Shown in pieces: positions 37,326 to 51,170 of a stretch of 64,000 nt of DNA. A model generated the notes under the pieces. That model searched no databases and had not been told where the DNA came from. It worked only from the letters and a program-made list of their open reading frames with translations. Each line of letters starts with the position of its first letter. The first letter of the stretch is position 1. The position numbers were made by a program, and so were the translations under genes. The DNA is from Eledone cirrhosa (lineage: Eukaryota). The stretch spans positions 358,608,001 through 358,672,000 of the forward strand of contig OZ024743.1 of the NCBI GenBank assembly GCA_964016885.1. Direction: 5' to 3'.

Positions 37326-38480
37326 TAGATTTAAGGGAAGAACTTGAGTGGTGACTAAATTATTTATGAGTTATTTTCCATAATCTTAACTATGAAATAT
37401 ATGAGAAGGTTAACTCATCTTTTTATTTTCATCTACTTGATAAGATCTAACTTTGATCTAACCACTTTTATGGCTGATTGGTTAAGAAGTTTGCTTCACA
37501 ATCATTAGATGCTCGGTTAGATCCCATTGAATAGCATCTCGTGAATGAAATTGGGTAGACAGAAACTGTTTGGAAGTCTATCAGATTGACTGTACCTGTA
37601 ATTCAAAGGGCCAGCTTTGTCACACACTGTATCATGCCAAATCTCTCTGATACATGTGTCTGTGGAATGCTCAGCCACTTGCATGTTAATTTCATAAGCA
37701 GGCTGTTTCTGTGTATCAAACAACTAGAACATTCATCGTCGTTTTAATAAATATCGTGCTTGCATGGGTTAGATGGGTTGTGATGTACAGAGGCTAGACT
37801 GGTCATGTGACTATGCCCTGCTCATATACTCCATTTTTGATTTGGTTCTTATGGCTGGATGCCCTTTCTAATAGCAACCACTTTTCAGCATGAACTGGGA
37901 ACATTTTATCATGACTGGCATTTCCACCTTACAGAGTGGACTGGGTGCTTTTCATTGTGGCACCAGCACTACTACTTTACAGAATGGGTTGGGTGCGTTC
38001 TATTGCGATACTAGCACTATTTCATTACAACACTAGGCTGCTCAGTATCCTTGGTCAGCTTGGGGAGGCATTGATGGGGGCTGGCCACATGCCCTTCCCA
38101 ATTCCAACCACCTTACAGGGTGTGCTTGGTGCGATTTTTGTGACACCTTCACTATGACTTTAGAGAGTGGACTGGGCTCATCTAATCATAATATAAACAC
38201 TAACACTTTACAGTGTACAACAATATGAAATATTATGTATCATAAAAAAAAAAGAATATTGCACAATCTTATGAAAATTGCATCAGAATGTAAGCATGTA
38301 ATCATCTCGGTGGCAAATACTATTAATCTTTAAATGTTTACTATCCTCTTTTAACAACTTGTTGCAATTTACCACCCATTACGAATAAGATAATCTATAA
38401 TGAAGCATGACGAAATACTGTACTTCAGATATATGCAATCAATATACAAACTCAGTCGAAAAAGTATAAGCTGTACCAAA

Positions 38481-38955
38481 TGTGTATCATGAATATGCAT
38501 CAGAAGGACAATACAAAGGAATATTATCAAAAAGTCCTTCAATGTGTTTGTGATGTCATAAGGTGCAAGAGACAAGAGCTGTAGGCCTTGCAAAACTGGA
38601 AGCTGTATTGTGATAATACTCCACAAACACATTGAAGGACTTTTTGATAATATTCCTTTGTATTGTCCTTCTGATGCATATTCATGATGCACAATACCTT
38701 GGTAGTTAAAAAACCCCCAGTCATTATCACCTTGATTTTGTTGATAGTTTTTGAGCCTTGGTGATGTTGAATGCTTCCATTATAATGACTGAGCTTTGGT
38801 TTCCAAGTTGTACCTGTCTCATCTCCAGTTACCACAGTATTCAGAAACTCAGATTTCTCATTGGTAATATTGAGCAAAATAAAAATAAAGAAATAGTACA
38901 TCTCACATCCCATCTGCCTGACAACGACTGACACATCTAGCAAAGTCACCAAAAT
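38481..38955 (-). pseudogene. mariner transposase relic with fold-back (copy 1)
   Basis: FLNTVVTGDET, HHEY..GQ, KEYYQKVL; arms about 38481-38552 and 38621-38691. Confidence 0.8.
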
Positions 38956-41052
38956 AACCATAGTCAGTATGATCTTTTTCATCTCCAAAGGACATCATCT
39001 GAAACACAGAAATATACTGCATAACATTGCTTCTGAAGTATTGCTTCGTTAGTACGGTCTGTAAGTAGCATATGGATAAAAGGTGGAGAGTAGATTAATT
39101 TCAAATAGTATCAATTTTTCTTTGTTCTGTAAAATCAAAGACTAAAACGACTTTATAAAAGCTAACGTAATATTGTTAAACCTTCCGATAGATCATGGTA
39201 TCTATAGTTTAAGCTGTTTCTAAATTTTCGTGGGACGTCACTCTCTCTCTGAATATCTAATACTTTAATTGTATCTCTCTCTGTATAATGGCCTATCTCT
39301 CCCTTTCTGCCTCTCCCCCTGTGTCTCTCTCTCTTTAGATGTGTGTGTATGTATTTGTGAGTATGTATTTGTGTGTGTGTGTGTGTTTGTGTGTGTGTGT
39401 AGTTTTCGTCTGATGCAACCAACTATCAGATTGACTGTACCTGTAATTCAAAGGGCCAGCTTTGTCACACACTGTATCATGCCAAATCTCTCTGATACAT
39501 GTGTCTGTGGAATGCTCAGCCACTTGCATGTTAATTTCATAAGCAGGCTGTTTCTGTGTATCAAACAACTAGAACATTCATCGTCGTTTTAATAAATATC
39601 GTGCTTGCATGGGTTAGATGGGTTGTGATGTACAGAGGCTAGACTGGTCATGTGACTATGTCCTGCTCATATACTCCATTTTTGATTTGGTTCTTATGGC
39701 TGGATGCCCTTTCTAATAGCAACCACTTTTCAGCATGAACTGGGAACATTTTATCATGACTGGCATTTCCACCTTACAGAGTGGACTGGGTGCTTTTCAT
39801 TGTGGCACCAGCACTACTACTTTACAGAATGGGTTGGGTGTGTTCTATTGCGGTACTAGCACTATTTCATTACAACACTAGGCTGCTCAGTATCCTTGGT
39901 CAGCTTGGGGAGGCATTGATGGGGGCTGGCCACATGCCCTTCCCAATTCCAACCACCTTACAGGGTGTGCTCGGTGCGATTTTTGTGACACCTTCACTAT
40001 GACTTTAGAGAGTGGACTGGGCTCATCTAATCATAATATAAACACTAACACTTTACAGTGTACAACAATATGAAATATTATGTATCATAAAAAAAAAAGA
40101 ATATTGCACAATCTTATGAAAATTGCATCAGAATGTAAGCATGTAATCATCTCGGTGGCAAATACTATTAATCTTTAAATGTTTACTATCCTCTTTTAAC
40201 AACTTGTTGCAATTTACCACCCATTACGAATAAGATAATCTATAATTGTTTCTACTTTAGGCACAAGGCCAGCAATTATCCAGTACATTACTGGTACTTT
40301 ATTTTATCGACCCTTAAGGATGAAAGGCAAAGTCAACCTCGGCGGGATTTGAACTCAGATCGTAAAGGGACGTAACTATGCTGGAAAGCATGGCGTCCGA
40401 CCCTCTACCGATACTGCCAATCCACCGAATGAAGCATGACGAAATACTGTACTTCAGATATATGCAATCAATATACAAACTCAGTCGAAAAAGTATAAGT
40501 TGTACCAAATGTGCATCATGAATATCCATCAGAAGGACAATACAAAGGAATATTATCAAAAAGTCCTTCAATGTGTTTGTGATGTCATAAGGTGCAAGAG
40601 ACAAGAGTTGTAGGCCTTGCAAAACTGGAAGCTGTATTGTGATAATACTCCAGTATTATCACAATACAGCTTCCAGTTTTGCAAGGCCTACAGCTCTTGT
40701 CTCTTGCACCTTACAACATCACAAACACATTGAAGGACTTTTTGATAATATTCCTTTGTATTGTCCTTCTGATGCATATTCATGATGCACAATACCTTGG
40801 TAGTTAAAAAAACTCCAGTCATTATCACCTTGATTTTGTTGATAGTTTTTGAGCCTTGGTGATGTTGAATGCTTCCATTATAATGACTGAGCTTTGGTTT
40901 CCAAGTTGTACCTGTCTCATCTCCAGTTACCACAGTATTCAGCAACTCAGATTTCTCATTGGTAATATTGAGCAAAATGAAAATAAAGAAATAGTACATC
41001 TCACATCCCATCTGCCTGACAACGACTGACACATCTAGCAAAGTCACCAAAA
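38952..41052 (+). repeat. second copy of a tandem duplication of 33244-38954, lacking 33716-37578
   Basis: 38952-39423 matches 33244-33715; 39423-41052 matches 37578-38954 plus a SINE and 69 extra bp. Confidence 0.95.
40247..40427 (-). mobile_element. young SINE present only in duplicate copy 2
   Basis: Empty site CTATAATGAAGC at 38395-38406. Confidence 0.92.
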
Positions 41053-41075
41053 ACCACACATTCGCATGAATGTAT
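40510..41075 (-). pseudogene. mariner transposase relic ending in a 282-bp palindrome (40510-40791)
   Basis: VVTGDET..EYYQKVLQCVCDVVRCKRQEL..WKLYCDNT (HDN-like motif) at the centre GATAATACT-CC-AGTATTATC. Confidence 0.85.
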
Positions 41076-42419
41076 GAGGCTCCTAGCTAATCACTCTATT
41101 GAGTAACATTATTCTTCCAAAAACCCTTCAGAGGAGCCCCATTTTGGTTGCTTGTATTCGCAATTGTATTCTTTCAGTTATTACTCAAGATTCCTAACCA
41201 TATGTAAGGGTTGGCATGAATACTGAATTGAAGATAGCGAGTTTAGCTTTTACACCTACCTCCCATCTTCTGATTACCGAATGCTGAAGCTGTTGTATTA
41301 TTGTACAACTCCTGCAATTCTGAACATGGCTCAAAGATACTTGACCTTTTCCACCTGCTTCAGTGGAACTCCACTCACATTTAGAGTACACTGAGCTGGC
41401 TTCCTTAGAAGATGAGTGCCTCAGTCTTTGCAGCACTGATTTTCATTCAAGCTGTGCAATACTCAGCATCAAACCTATCAAGGGCAGAGATCCCTTTCTG
41501 ATGAGTTAAATAATACTATATTGTCTGCAAATTCCAGCCAAATGATCTTACACTCGTCTGTTGTGATATGACTTCCAACCTTTCCCTCATAATTTTTTGT
41601 AAGAAACTTTGTTAAGTTATGTCCAAAACATCATCTTAATTATGAGTAAGCTAGTTATATAACCAAACCCCTTCAAAATTCTTGATTATTTTCAAAATTA
41701 TTATATGCAGCATCTTTTATTAGAAATATGGCAATGAAAGAGCAAGTTGACAAGTTTCTCTAGCACACAGGTGGGGAAATGGTCTGGGGCATAGGGAGAT
41801 TTGATGGGCTATGAGTTTGAGGATTCCTGAGGCATTATTTTGGGGATTAAGAAGATGGTCTTGGAAGCAACCACCCGTTACCCTTACCAGCTTGGTAAGG
41901 ATAGCATGGTATGCAGTATATATGATTGAAAGAAGTGTAGTGGCTGAGATGGTCGCTTGGTAGCTAGTAGTTGCCTCCCCTTAACAACCCTTCAGGGAAG
42001 GGAGGCAAAAATACACCCGGACACAGCCACAGGTTCACTGACTCTTTTTGGACCACGGACATGAACAGACGTGGAAAGATCCGCTCCTCAAAATATTGAC
42101 GTTGTAGGAAATTTACTAAATTATTGCATTAAATAAAATGATTGTTAGACTTGATTGTGCATTTATTTATTCGACAAAGAGAAACATCACTTTTCTTTAG
42201 AAGTATAGATTCATAAGTCATCTTTGATTTCAAGAATATATATATATATACTGGTATCCACCTGTTTATGGGGGAGCTGATAACGTTGTTAGAACCCAAT
42301 GCAGCCTTCAAGAGATGGTTTCAATGAGATTAGGTGGTGAGAGCTATAGTTTTTGTAGTAGGTTCTCATCGTATAAGGTTTCAGTGAAGATTCTACTCAA
42401 GCTACAGAAGAGTCATTTA

Positions 42420-42670
42420 TATATATGTGTGTGTGTATTGAACAATAAAAATTAAACAAAAGTCAAAGATAGATTCTTAATTAGTTCATTGTTTTATAAC
42501 CATTTCATTATTTCTGAGGATGACGGTGAGATGGATCATGGATATCGAGACTAGAAAAAGGCGGTGACTATTAGTCAATGTATCAATTTATCATGATTAA
42601 TCAACTCTCTGAAACGACTTTTGTTTTATTTTCATTGTTCAACACACACACACACACACACATGTGTATA
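42420..42670. mobile_element. microsatellite-flanked inverted-repeat element with truncated hammerhead core
   Basis: TTGAACAATAAAAATTAAACAAAAGTC ... GACTTTTGTTTTATTTTCATTGTTCAA; internal ATTATTT CTGAGGA ... GAAACGA resembling 22860. Confidence 0.5.
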
Positions 42671-42847
42671 GTGCTCTTTTTGACAGAAAGACAGATAGAG
42701 TAACTAGAGCAGAATCGAAATGGAGAGGAGACTTAATTGGCTGAAATAGTAATTGAGAAGGTCACAGAATATGTGATGAAAGTACTTTGACAATTAAAAA
42801 CCAATCTGTTTACTAAACCAATCAATGAATGGATTAATTACTTGACT

Positions 42848-43210
42848 AATCATCATCATCATCATCATTCAGCAGCCTCAGCCGAAATCGACTCAACAAT
42901 TAATCTCCCCGTGAGTCTATCGCTCATTGCCGTTGCCAAATTCTGGATTTCAATACCAGAATCTCTGGAGATGACATCGGGATAGGATAGCTTGCACCCC
43001 CTGTTATTAGTGACTGCTTGTGGTTTCCAAAGCATTAATGGGGACACAGCCTCATAGGTGACACGATGGCAGTGGCCAGCAAATCTTACTCTCCTTTTAT
43101 GTACAATGACAGATATGTGTGGGAGGCCGGCATATATTTCTTTCAAAGGCAGATGTCGCCAGCTTATGTCCTGAATGCTTCGAAGTAGGCGAGTGTAAGT
43201 GCCACCAAAC
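42848..43210 (-). mobile_element. RTE-type LINE 3' fragment (another family)
   Basis: YTRLLRSIQDISW, RRVRFAGHCHR; (CAT)n tail. Confidence 0.8.
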
Positions 43211-44360
43211 AAGTCAAGGATTTCAAGTATCTTAGGTCCTGATGCATGAGTTGATGAGTCCTCTGCAACACAGCTTCCTCCTCATAACCATGATTCTTCA
43301 TTTCTTCTGTGACGTTTAGCATTTTAAGATCACTTCTTGCTACTTCTGTTCATGTCTCCTTTGGACCTCCTCTTATGCTAACTTCTACTTGGAGTTTCTT
43401 GCACATTTTCACCCAATAATCATCATTCATATATAGGACATTTTTGGTTAGTAAATAGGGAAGGCTACTAATCAAGGGAGTACTCAATACATGTTGACGT
43501 ACAGAGAAGATATAGAAATGCAGTTTTATCCCAACTGATAGTCTGTTCTGTTTTGGCAAACACCCGGACTCACCAAGTTGCCTTTAGTGAGTTAGTGAGT
43601 TAGCTGAAATAGAATAGGCCCTCTATTGGTATAAAACCACATTTATATGTCTGTGTGTCTGTGATGGTGTTGTTATTACCATTTAACCCCAAGTCAGCTT
43701 GATTCAGCAGATCTATGATAAAGTGATAAAGAGCAATCTAACTGTGACCATCCTGTCTCCTTTTTCCAGACATTATAATAAGAAATACATTAGTCAGTGT
43801 GTCTCTTCTTTTAAAGAAGATAGGGTAGGATTTGAGGCAAAATTGGCTGTTATTTTTAGTATGTTGAGCAGTAGAAGTTTCCTAATTAGCTCAAAAGCTT
43901 CTACAAAATGTATGTGCATGTATGAGTGCATACTTGCATGAATGAATATGTATGTGTGTATGCACATCTGTGTAAGATTATATGTGAATGTTTGTATGTA
44001 TGTATGTATGTATGTATGTATGTATGTTGACTTTCGAAAGAGTTTGTATAATTGAAGCCGTTCGTGTTACTGTTCAGTATTATTATAATTGCTTTACAGC
44101 ATTGAGCTATGGCCCTCCACACTCCGAGCTCAAATCCCACCGAGGTCAACCTTGCCTTTCATCCCCACGGAGTCGATAAATCAGAGCACCAGTAATGTGC
44201 TGGGACAATCGCTGGCTCCGTGCCAAAAGCAGAAAAATTATTATTATTATAGTTGTTTCTTAAGGCCCGATCGGCAGTGATGGTGGATGGTGGTGGCGAT
44301 GGTGGTGGAGTTGTTGTTGTTGTTGACATTTGACATAATCTTGTATCAGTAATGACAGTA

Positions 44361-47300
44361 ATCATCATCATCACCGTTTAACATCTATCTTCCACGCTAG
44401 CATGGGTTTAGACGGGAATTGTCCTACTTGAGGCAAGATTGGTCGTCTCACTCGTATAGGACTGTTTGGCAGGTTTTCTACGGATGGATGCCCTTCCTAA
44501 CACCAACCACGTTTACAGTATGGACTGGGAGGTTTTTACCGTGTTACCTACATGGCCACATTACAGCGTGGACTGTGTGTTTTTTTGTCGTGACACCTAC
44601 ACGACATCATTTATTTAGGACTGGATGTTGTGGTACCAACATAAGATTACAGAGAAAGGGGTGGTGTTGATGGGGGTGGGGGTGGGGGAGTTGGGGTAGT
44701 GGGATGGGGGTGTATATTTGATTAAGAGGTGCCTACTGACTGTAGGTTTCGCTTTGTACTTAGGCAAGGCGGTTTTTCTGTATTACTGTGTAGCGCCAAA
44801 GATCTCGGTCCAGTGACATTGTCTTAGAGAGGTGTAAGTGTGTAAGGTCGGAAGTTATCAAATCCGTCCCAGGTTTTTCTGAGTCTGCCTACTCCATAAC
44901 TTCCGTCAATTTTGATCCCCCTACACTTTTTATACAGCTGTCGCCTTTCATGCGCATCACGTGACCATACCAACGTAGTCTTCTCTCAAGTAAACAGCAT
45001 ATGATCCCTCTTATTCCTAATTTTTCACTTAGTTCATTTATGTTTAGCCGTTCGTGTATATTACTATTACACATCCAACGATGAACTTTGGAGTCAGTTA
45101 TGATTCTCAAGACTTTGATTACCAAGTATCATTAGTTCCATTCCTACCATAGCTTTTATTAATCTACTGACAACTTGTAACACTTAACACCTAATTTCTC
45201 ACTTAGTTCATTTATGCTTTGCTGGTCACGTATATTACTATTACACATCCAGCGGAGCATGCATGCTTCGTTCCTCTCCAGTCTGCGCAGATCCTCTGCA
45301 CACAATGCCCATGTCTCACTGCCATGTAACATAGCTGTCCGTATGCAGGCATCATACAGTCTGCTTTTCATTTTTAGAGAGAAACCTTTAGTGGCCAATA
45401 GTGGTACAAGCTCTCTGAACTTTTTCCATCCCGTTCTGACTCTGGCTACTGTACTTTCTGAGCACCCTCCACCGCTGCTGATTTTGTCACCCAGGTAATG
45501 GAAGGTGTCCACTATTTCTATAGAGCCATCTGGGCAATAGAAGGAGCTAGTATCCTGTGGGCACTTGCTACTTATTGCACCTGAGTACCCGCCACATATA
45601 AAATCTACGTTCTTAGATAGCTTACCTGTGATGCCACTACATCTTTTATGCACCCATACTTTGCATTTGGGACATAAAATGGAATTTCTACCTACTCCTT
45701 TCCTACACACTGAGCATGGCCATTTCCTAGAGAGGACCTGTGCCCTATTTTCCTTCCAACATAGTAGAACTTTAGTCTTAGACAGTTAACTTTAAGGCCT
45801 TTTGATTCTAGGCCATGCTTCCATGTTTGGAATTTCTTCTCTAGTTCAGCCATCGATTCAGCTATGAGCGTTAGATCATCTGCATAGAGAAGTTCCCATA
45901 GGCAACCGGTCTTGAACTCCTCTGTTATAGTCTGAAGGGCAATAATAAATAGGAAGGGGCTAAGGACAGAGCCCTGATGAACACCAACTTTTATGCTAAA
46001 TTCTCTACTATATTCGTTGTTAATTCTAACCTTGCTGACTGTTTCTTTATACATGGACTTGTATAGCTCTCACAAGCCATTCATCAACCCCTAGTTTTCT
46101 AAGGGCCCACCAGATAATGGCGCGGGGGACTCTGTCAAATGCTTTCCCCAAGTCAACAAAAGCTAAGTATAGGGGTTTACTTTTAGCTAGGTACTTCTCC
46201 TGTAGTTGTCGTACAAGGAAAAGGGCGTCTGTGGTACTTTTACTTGACACAAACCCAAACTGTATTTTGTCTAGATCAATTTGTTCTCTGATTAGTTGCG
46301 TTATAACTTTTTCTGTGACCTTCATGACCTGGTCAATTAATTTAATGCCTCTATAGTTTCCCCTATCTAGGGCTTCTCTTTACCCTTGTAGCAGTTAATG
46401 ATGATGCTGCTACGCCAGTCATTTGGTATGACCCTGTTCTGTATGACTTGGTTTACTATACGGGTGACCATAGTGTGTCCCACCATTCCAGATGCTTTCA
46501 GCATTTCAGCAACTATTTCCGAAGGCCCAGTTGCCTTGCCTGTCTTCATATGTTTGATTGCCTTACTTATTATACTACCTTCAACTTGCACTGCTGGTCC
46601 CTCTTTTTCCCATTTATTCTCATCATTTAGTAGCCTCTCGTAGTGACACTTCCAAGCTACCTTCTTATCAGTGTCAGTGATGGCAAGTACACCATCATCA
46701 TTACGGACACACTTCTCCCCGACAATATCACAGTTTTCCTTGACACATTTCCTAGCAGTCCTGAACACCTCACATTTTTGGTCCTTGCGTTGTAGAACAT
46801 GCTTGAACTTTCTTTCCTCTGCTTCACTTCTTGCAAAGTACACTTGTCTCCTAGCTTCCCTTCTGGCCACTTGATAGTTTTCTCTACTTCCCCCATCCCA
46901 CCATACTTTTCAAGCCTGCTTTTTGGCCTTGATTGACTCCTCCACCTTACTATTCCACCACCACATTACTCTCCTCCTGCCTATAGGTCTGCTCCAGCCA
47001 CAGATTTCATCTGTCACCTTCAGCAGGTTAATTTTCAGGAATTCCCACTGTTCTCCTAATTGCTCTTCCTTACTGTCAAAAACATCAAATAATATGCTTT
47101 TAAATTTGTTACTGGCTGTGGGGTCCTTTAACTGCCATATTCTTCTCCTTAGGGTAGTCCTCCTCTGTTGTCAAGTACGTCTCGTCCTGACTATGAGGTC
47201 ACTAACTATGAGGCTATGTTGAGAGGTGCATTCTTCATGGGGGAGGGATTTAGTGTTTACAACAGACACTCTGTCATGTCTTCTGGTAAGGATATAATCT

Positions 47301-47743
47301 ATCTGACTGGCGTGTTCCCCTGATCTATAGGTGATCAAGTGATTGTCTCGTTTTTTGAAGTTTGTATTACAGATATTCCAGGATTCTGGAGCCTTCTTCA
47401 TTTCTAGTACCAAACCCATAGCCTCCATGGAATCCGTCATAGCCATCACAATGTTGTCCAACATGACCATTTAGGTCGCCAGCAATAATTATGTAGTCCC
47501 TGTTGGTTATTTGGGAGGTAGTGAGCATTAACGACTCATAGAATCTGTCTTTTATAATGCCAGGCAGTCCGGTTGGGGTGCATACACGGATATTATTGTC
47601 ACAGTAGTTCTATTTAGGACAAGTCTTATTTTAATTATTCTGTCGTTCACTCTATTTATGTCTATTACCTTATCTACCCATTTTTCTGCTAACATGATTC
47701 CTACTCCACCCAGCCCATTGTCATTTCCCACCCAGAAAAGTTT
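44361..47743 (-). mobile_element. decayed RTE LINE related to family A
   Basis: APE to RT to PHD-like finger colinear with the 33898 ORF, many frameshifts; (CAT)n tail; 5' end lost in (TG)n; about 65-bp duplication around an insert at about 45080-45185. Confidence 0.92.
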
Positions 47744-48221
47744 ATATATATATGTGTGTGTGTGTGTGTAAGTGAGTGGCGTGTGTGTGTTTCTTTGTAT
47801 GCATGAGTGTTGGTGCGTGCGTGTGTGAGTGAGTGTGTGTGTGTGAGGGGTGTGTGTGTGTGTCTTACGCATGAGTGTCAATAAGCGAGTTTTTTTTTTT
47901 TTTCATGCGCAGGGACATAGAAATAATTGGGCTGGATACCTGATCATACAGTTAAACCCCTGGGAGTGAAGGACCCCTAGCCTTTGTCAGGACATTCTTC
48001 TAGGAAAAGGCATCTCAGGAAACTGGGTTAACTCCGACATAAAACCTGCGGCTCAGTAGTTACCGATGATGTTGATCTTTTCTTCTTTTTGGGTCAAAGC
48101 TACTGTCGCTCAGGGAGTGGGATTGGCTCAATGCAGTCTTTCCTCACTTTAAAAATATTCTTCACACACAGGCATTGCATGATTGCATTAATAATTATTA
48201 ATAGTGTTATTAATTATTGTT

Positions 48222-48936
48222 ATTATTATTGTTCTTTGAGTCTCAGTCATTGATGTTATTTAACTGGAAAGTTTGTTGAAATGAATATCAAGCCGCTACC
48301 TGCAGCCTCAGATATTCAGGACATATCGGAGGGTTCTTGCTGTTCCCAGCAAGCATGCCTTTTGAAGTGTTCCAAAAAGCGGGGCTGGACTAATCTTCTC
48401 TAACCATCCTTGGAAACTCTTTGAGATAGTAACTAGTGCACCTATGATAATCGGGACGACCTTGATTTCATGGCAGTTCCAAATCCTTTTTAACTCCCAC
48501 TTTAAATCCTGGTATTGGTTAATTTTCTCCCTCTCCTTTTCTTGCACTCTCGTGTCAAATGGGCAGGCTACATCTACAATCAGGCACAATCTTTTTTCCT
48601 TGTCCAAAACCACCAGGTCAGACCTATTGTGTTCTAATTTCTTGTCTGTCTGTATCCTAAAATCCCATAGCACCTTCACCTGATCGTTTTCTATCACCGA
48701 CTCTGGCTTATGCTCATACCACTTCTCAGAATGTGGAAAATTGTTTACTTTGCATAGATGCCAGTGGATCACCCTTCCTACCACATCATGTCTCCAGCCT
48801 TTATAGTGAGTCTGGGCTCGGTGTTTACACTCGGATACAATGTGAGCTACAGTCTCCTCTCTCTCTCTCCACAGATCCTACACAGTGAGCTAGCCACCTC
48901 TTTGTCAATATGGTGTTTCACCCTCTTCGTTCTGCG
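48222..48936 (-). mobile_element. R4/Dong-like LINE 3' fragment in (TAA)n
   Basis: CRICG..ETVAHIVSEC zinc knuckle, RHDVVGRVIHW, KVLWDF, IVDVACP, EK..YQDL; (TTA)n on both flanks. Confidence 0.9.
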
Positions 48937-49094
48937 TTATTATTATTATTATTATTATTATTATTTTTTATTTATTTATTTTTTTTCCAAATTCAATGAT
49001 GTTCCAAAACAATATAAAAGAGATAATTGGCAATAAGGGAAGGGGCCCCAGGATATCACAGCCTGGGCCCGTTCATCATCATGCCACTGTAATA

Positions 49095-50290
49095 GGCATT
49101 TAATATTGGCTGCTGGAACATACAGACGCTGCTTGACAGGGATTCCTTGGAACATCCTGAACGAAGGACCGCTCTTGTTGCAAAGGAGCTTTGATGTTAC
49201 AATCTTGACATCGTAGCTTTATCTGAGATGAGGTTAGCTGGAGATGGTCATTACAGAATTTTGTGGAGAATATACATTTTTCTGGAAAGGAAGAGATGAA
49301 GGGACCAGAAGAGAGGCTGGGGTAGCATTTGCTGTTAAGACTGCTCTTGTGGATAAATTAGAAGAATTCCCAGTGAGCGTCTTATGTCCATGAGAATTCC
49401 GCTGGACAAAGGAAGATATGCGACCCTGGTGAGTGTGTATGCCCCAACTATGAATTCTGTCGATGAAGAAAAAGTGTCTTTTTACCATGCCTTGAAAGGT
49501 GTTTTAAGAACTATCCCTCAGGCAGACAAGGTCATCGTGCTTGGTGACTTTAATGCTAGAGTGGGTAGGGATTTTAACACATGGAATGTAATCGGAAGGC
49601 ATGGAGTGGGAAAGTGTAACAACAATGCTATGCTCCTGCTACAGATGTGTGAGGAGCTGAATCTGTGTGTTACCAACACCCTGTTCCAGCAAAAGAACAC
49701 ATTTAAGACCACATGGATGCATCCTGCATCTAAGGAATGGCATCTTTTGGACTACGTCCTTGTCAGAATGGATGTGCAGTGTGTTCATGTTCTTCATGGA
49801 GCTGAGTGCTTTATGGACCACCGCCTGGTACGCGCAAAAGTGAAACTAATCACTAAACATAAAATCCGGGCTCCTGGTGTTACCCTGCCCAGAAGATTGA
49901 ATGCTGCTCATCTTAGGGATAAAGACGTGAAGAGGACATTGCGAGAAGAGATGCATGTTGCAGATCTTGGTGAGGATTGGTCGACCATTAAAAAGTCGGT
50001 TTATGATGTAGGCAGGCGTGTTCTGGATTGGTGCAGAGAAAACATCAAGACTGGTTTAATGAGAATGATGAACATATAGAAGACTTGTTGGCTGATAAGA
50101 GGCATGCTCTGTCATGCTACTTGACAACAAAACCACAGGAGAAGAATATGTTGCATAAGGTACTCAAGGATGTGAAATCACGTGTTAGGCGGAATCTTTC
50201 TCAGATGAAGGATAAGTGGTGGAGTAAGAAGGCTGATGAGATACAAGCTGCATCAGATTCCAATAACACAAAGCTGTTGTACAGTCTCTA
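49095..50290 (+). mobile_element. RTE (BovB-like) AP endonuclease fragment
   Basis: IGCWNIQTLLD, ERRTALVAKEL, VYAPT, LGDFNARVG, TTWMHP, LLDYVL, DHRLV. Confidence 0.9.
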
Positions 50291-50369
50291 TGGCTCTGAC
50301 AATAATGTCTGGGACTTTAGAAAGTTGGAGGGCCTCTATCATCCAAGAGTGGGGAACAGAATCGAAAGC

Positions 50370-51170
50370 TTTCCTGTAGTCATAGTCCTCCTAAATTGTT
50401 GCACTTCCGACATTGCAGTTTTGTTGATTAGGAGTTGTTCAGCACACCCCCAAACCCCTTTCTTTCCAGCTGCTTGTTCATCTGTGATGATGTTATTATT
50501 TTCACAGTGCTCTTGGAGGAATAGGTTCAGGCAGGCTGTATACATCTTATACATCAGGTTCTGGCATGCAATGGGTCGGTAGTTTTTTGCCAAGTGGGTG
50601 TCTTTGTTCTTGGGGACCAGTAATGTTTGTGTTAATGTCAACCATTCTGGTATAAGTGTATCTCCCTTAAGAAGTTTGTTGGTAGAGGTCAGTAAGATAC
50701 TTCCGATAGAATATCAGTTTTTTGTACCAGTAACCAACAATCATGTCTCTTCCTAGTGTTTTCTTATCTTGGAGTTTTCCTATCAGTCTCAAGGGTACCC
50801 TCACTTATTTTGTATATTTTTGTTGTAGTGTAGGAGCAATAGTTCTTTCGGATTTCTCTTAGCCACACTGCATCTTGGTTGAAATTCTTCTTTTCACCCC
50901 ATATTTTGCTCCAAAAGGAATCTATGTCTTTCTGGGATGGGGCTTCAGTGACACTTATTATTTTGCCCTTCATATCTCTATAGACTGATGTTTGGTTTCG
51001 TCTGAATCTTTTATTAAGCACTTTTCTCTCATCTACCTTCTTCGGGTATCGGCGTTTTTCGCTAACAGCTCTCAATTCTTGTTTGAGGGTGATCAGCTTA
51101 TATTGAAGAGTTCTGGTTCTACTGTTACCAAACATCGTCTCTATTTTATTTTTCACTCTTTGTTTGTGGG
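50370..51170 (-). mobile_element. R4-clade LINE fragment (N-terminal RT region)
   Basis: FRRNQTSVYR, FWSKIW, TLLVPK, NYRPIACQNLMYK, EQAAGKKGVWGCAEQLLIN. Confidence 0.85.
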
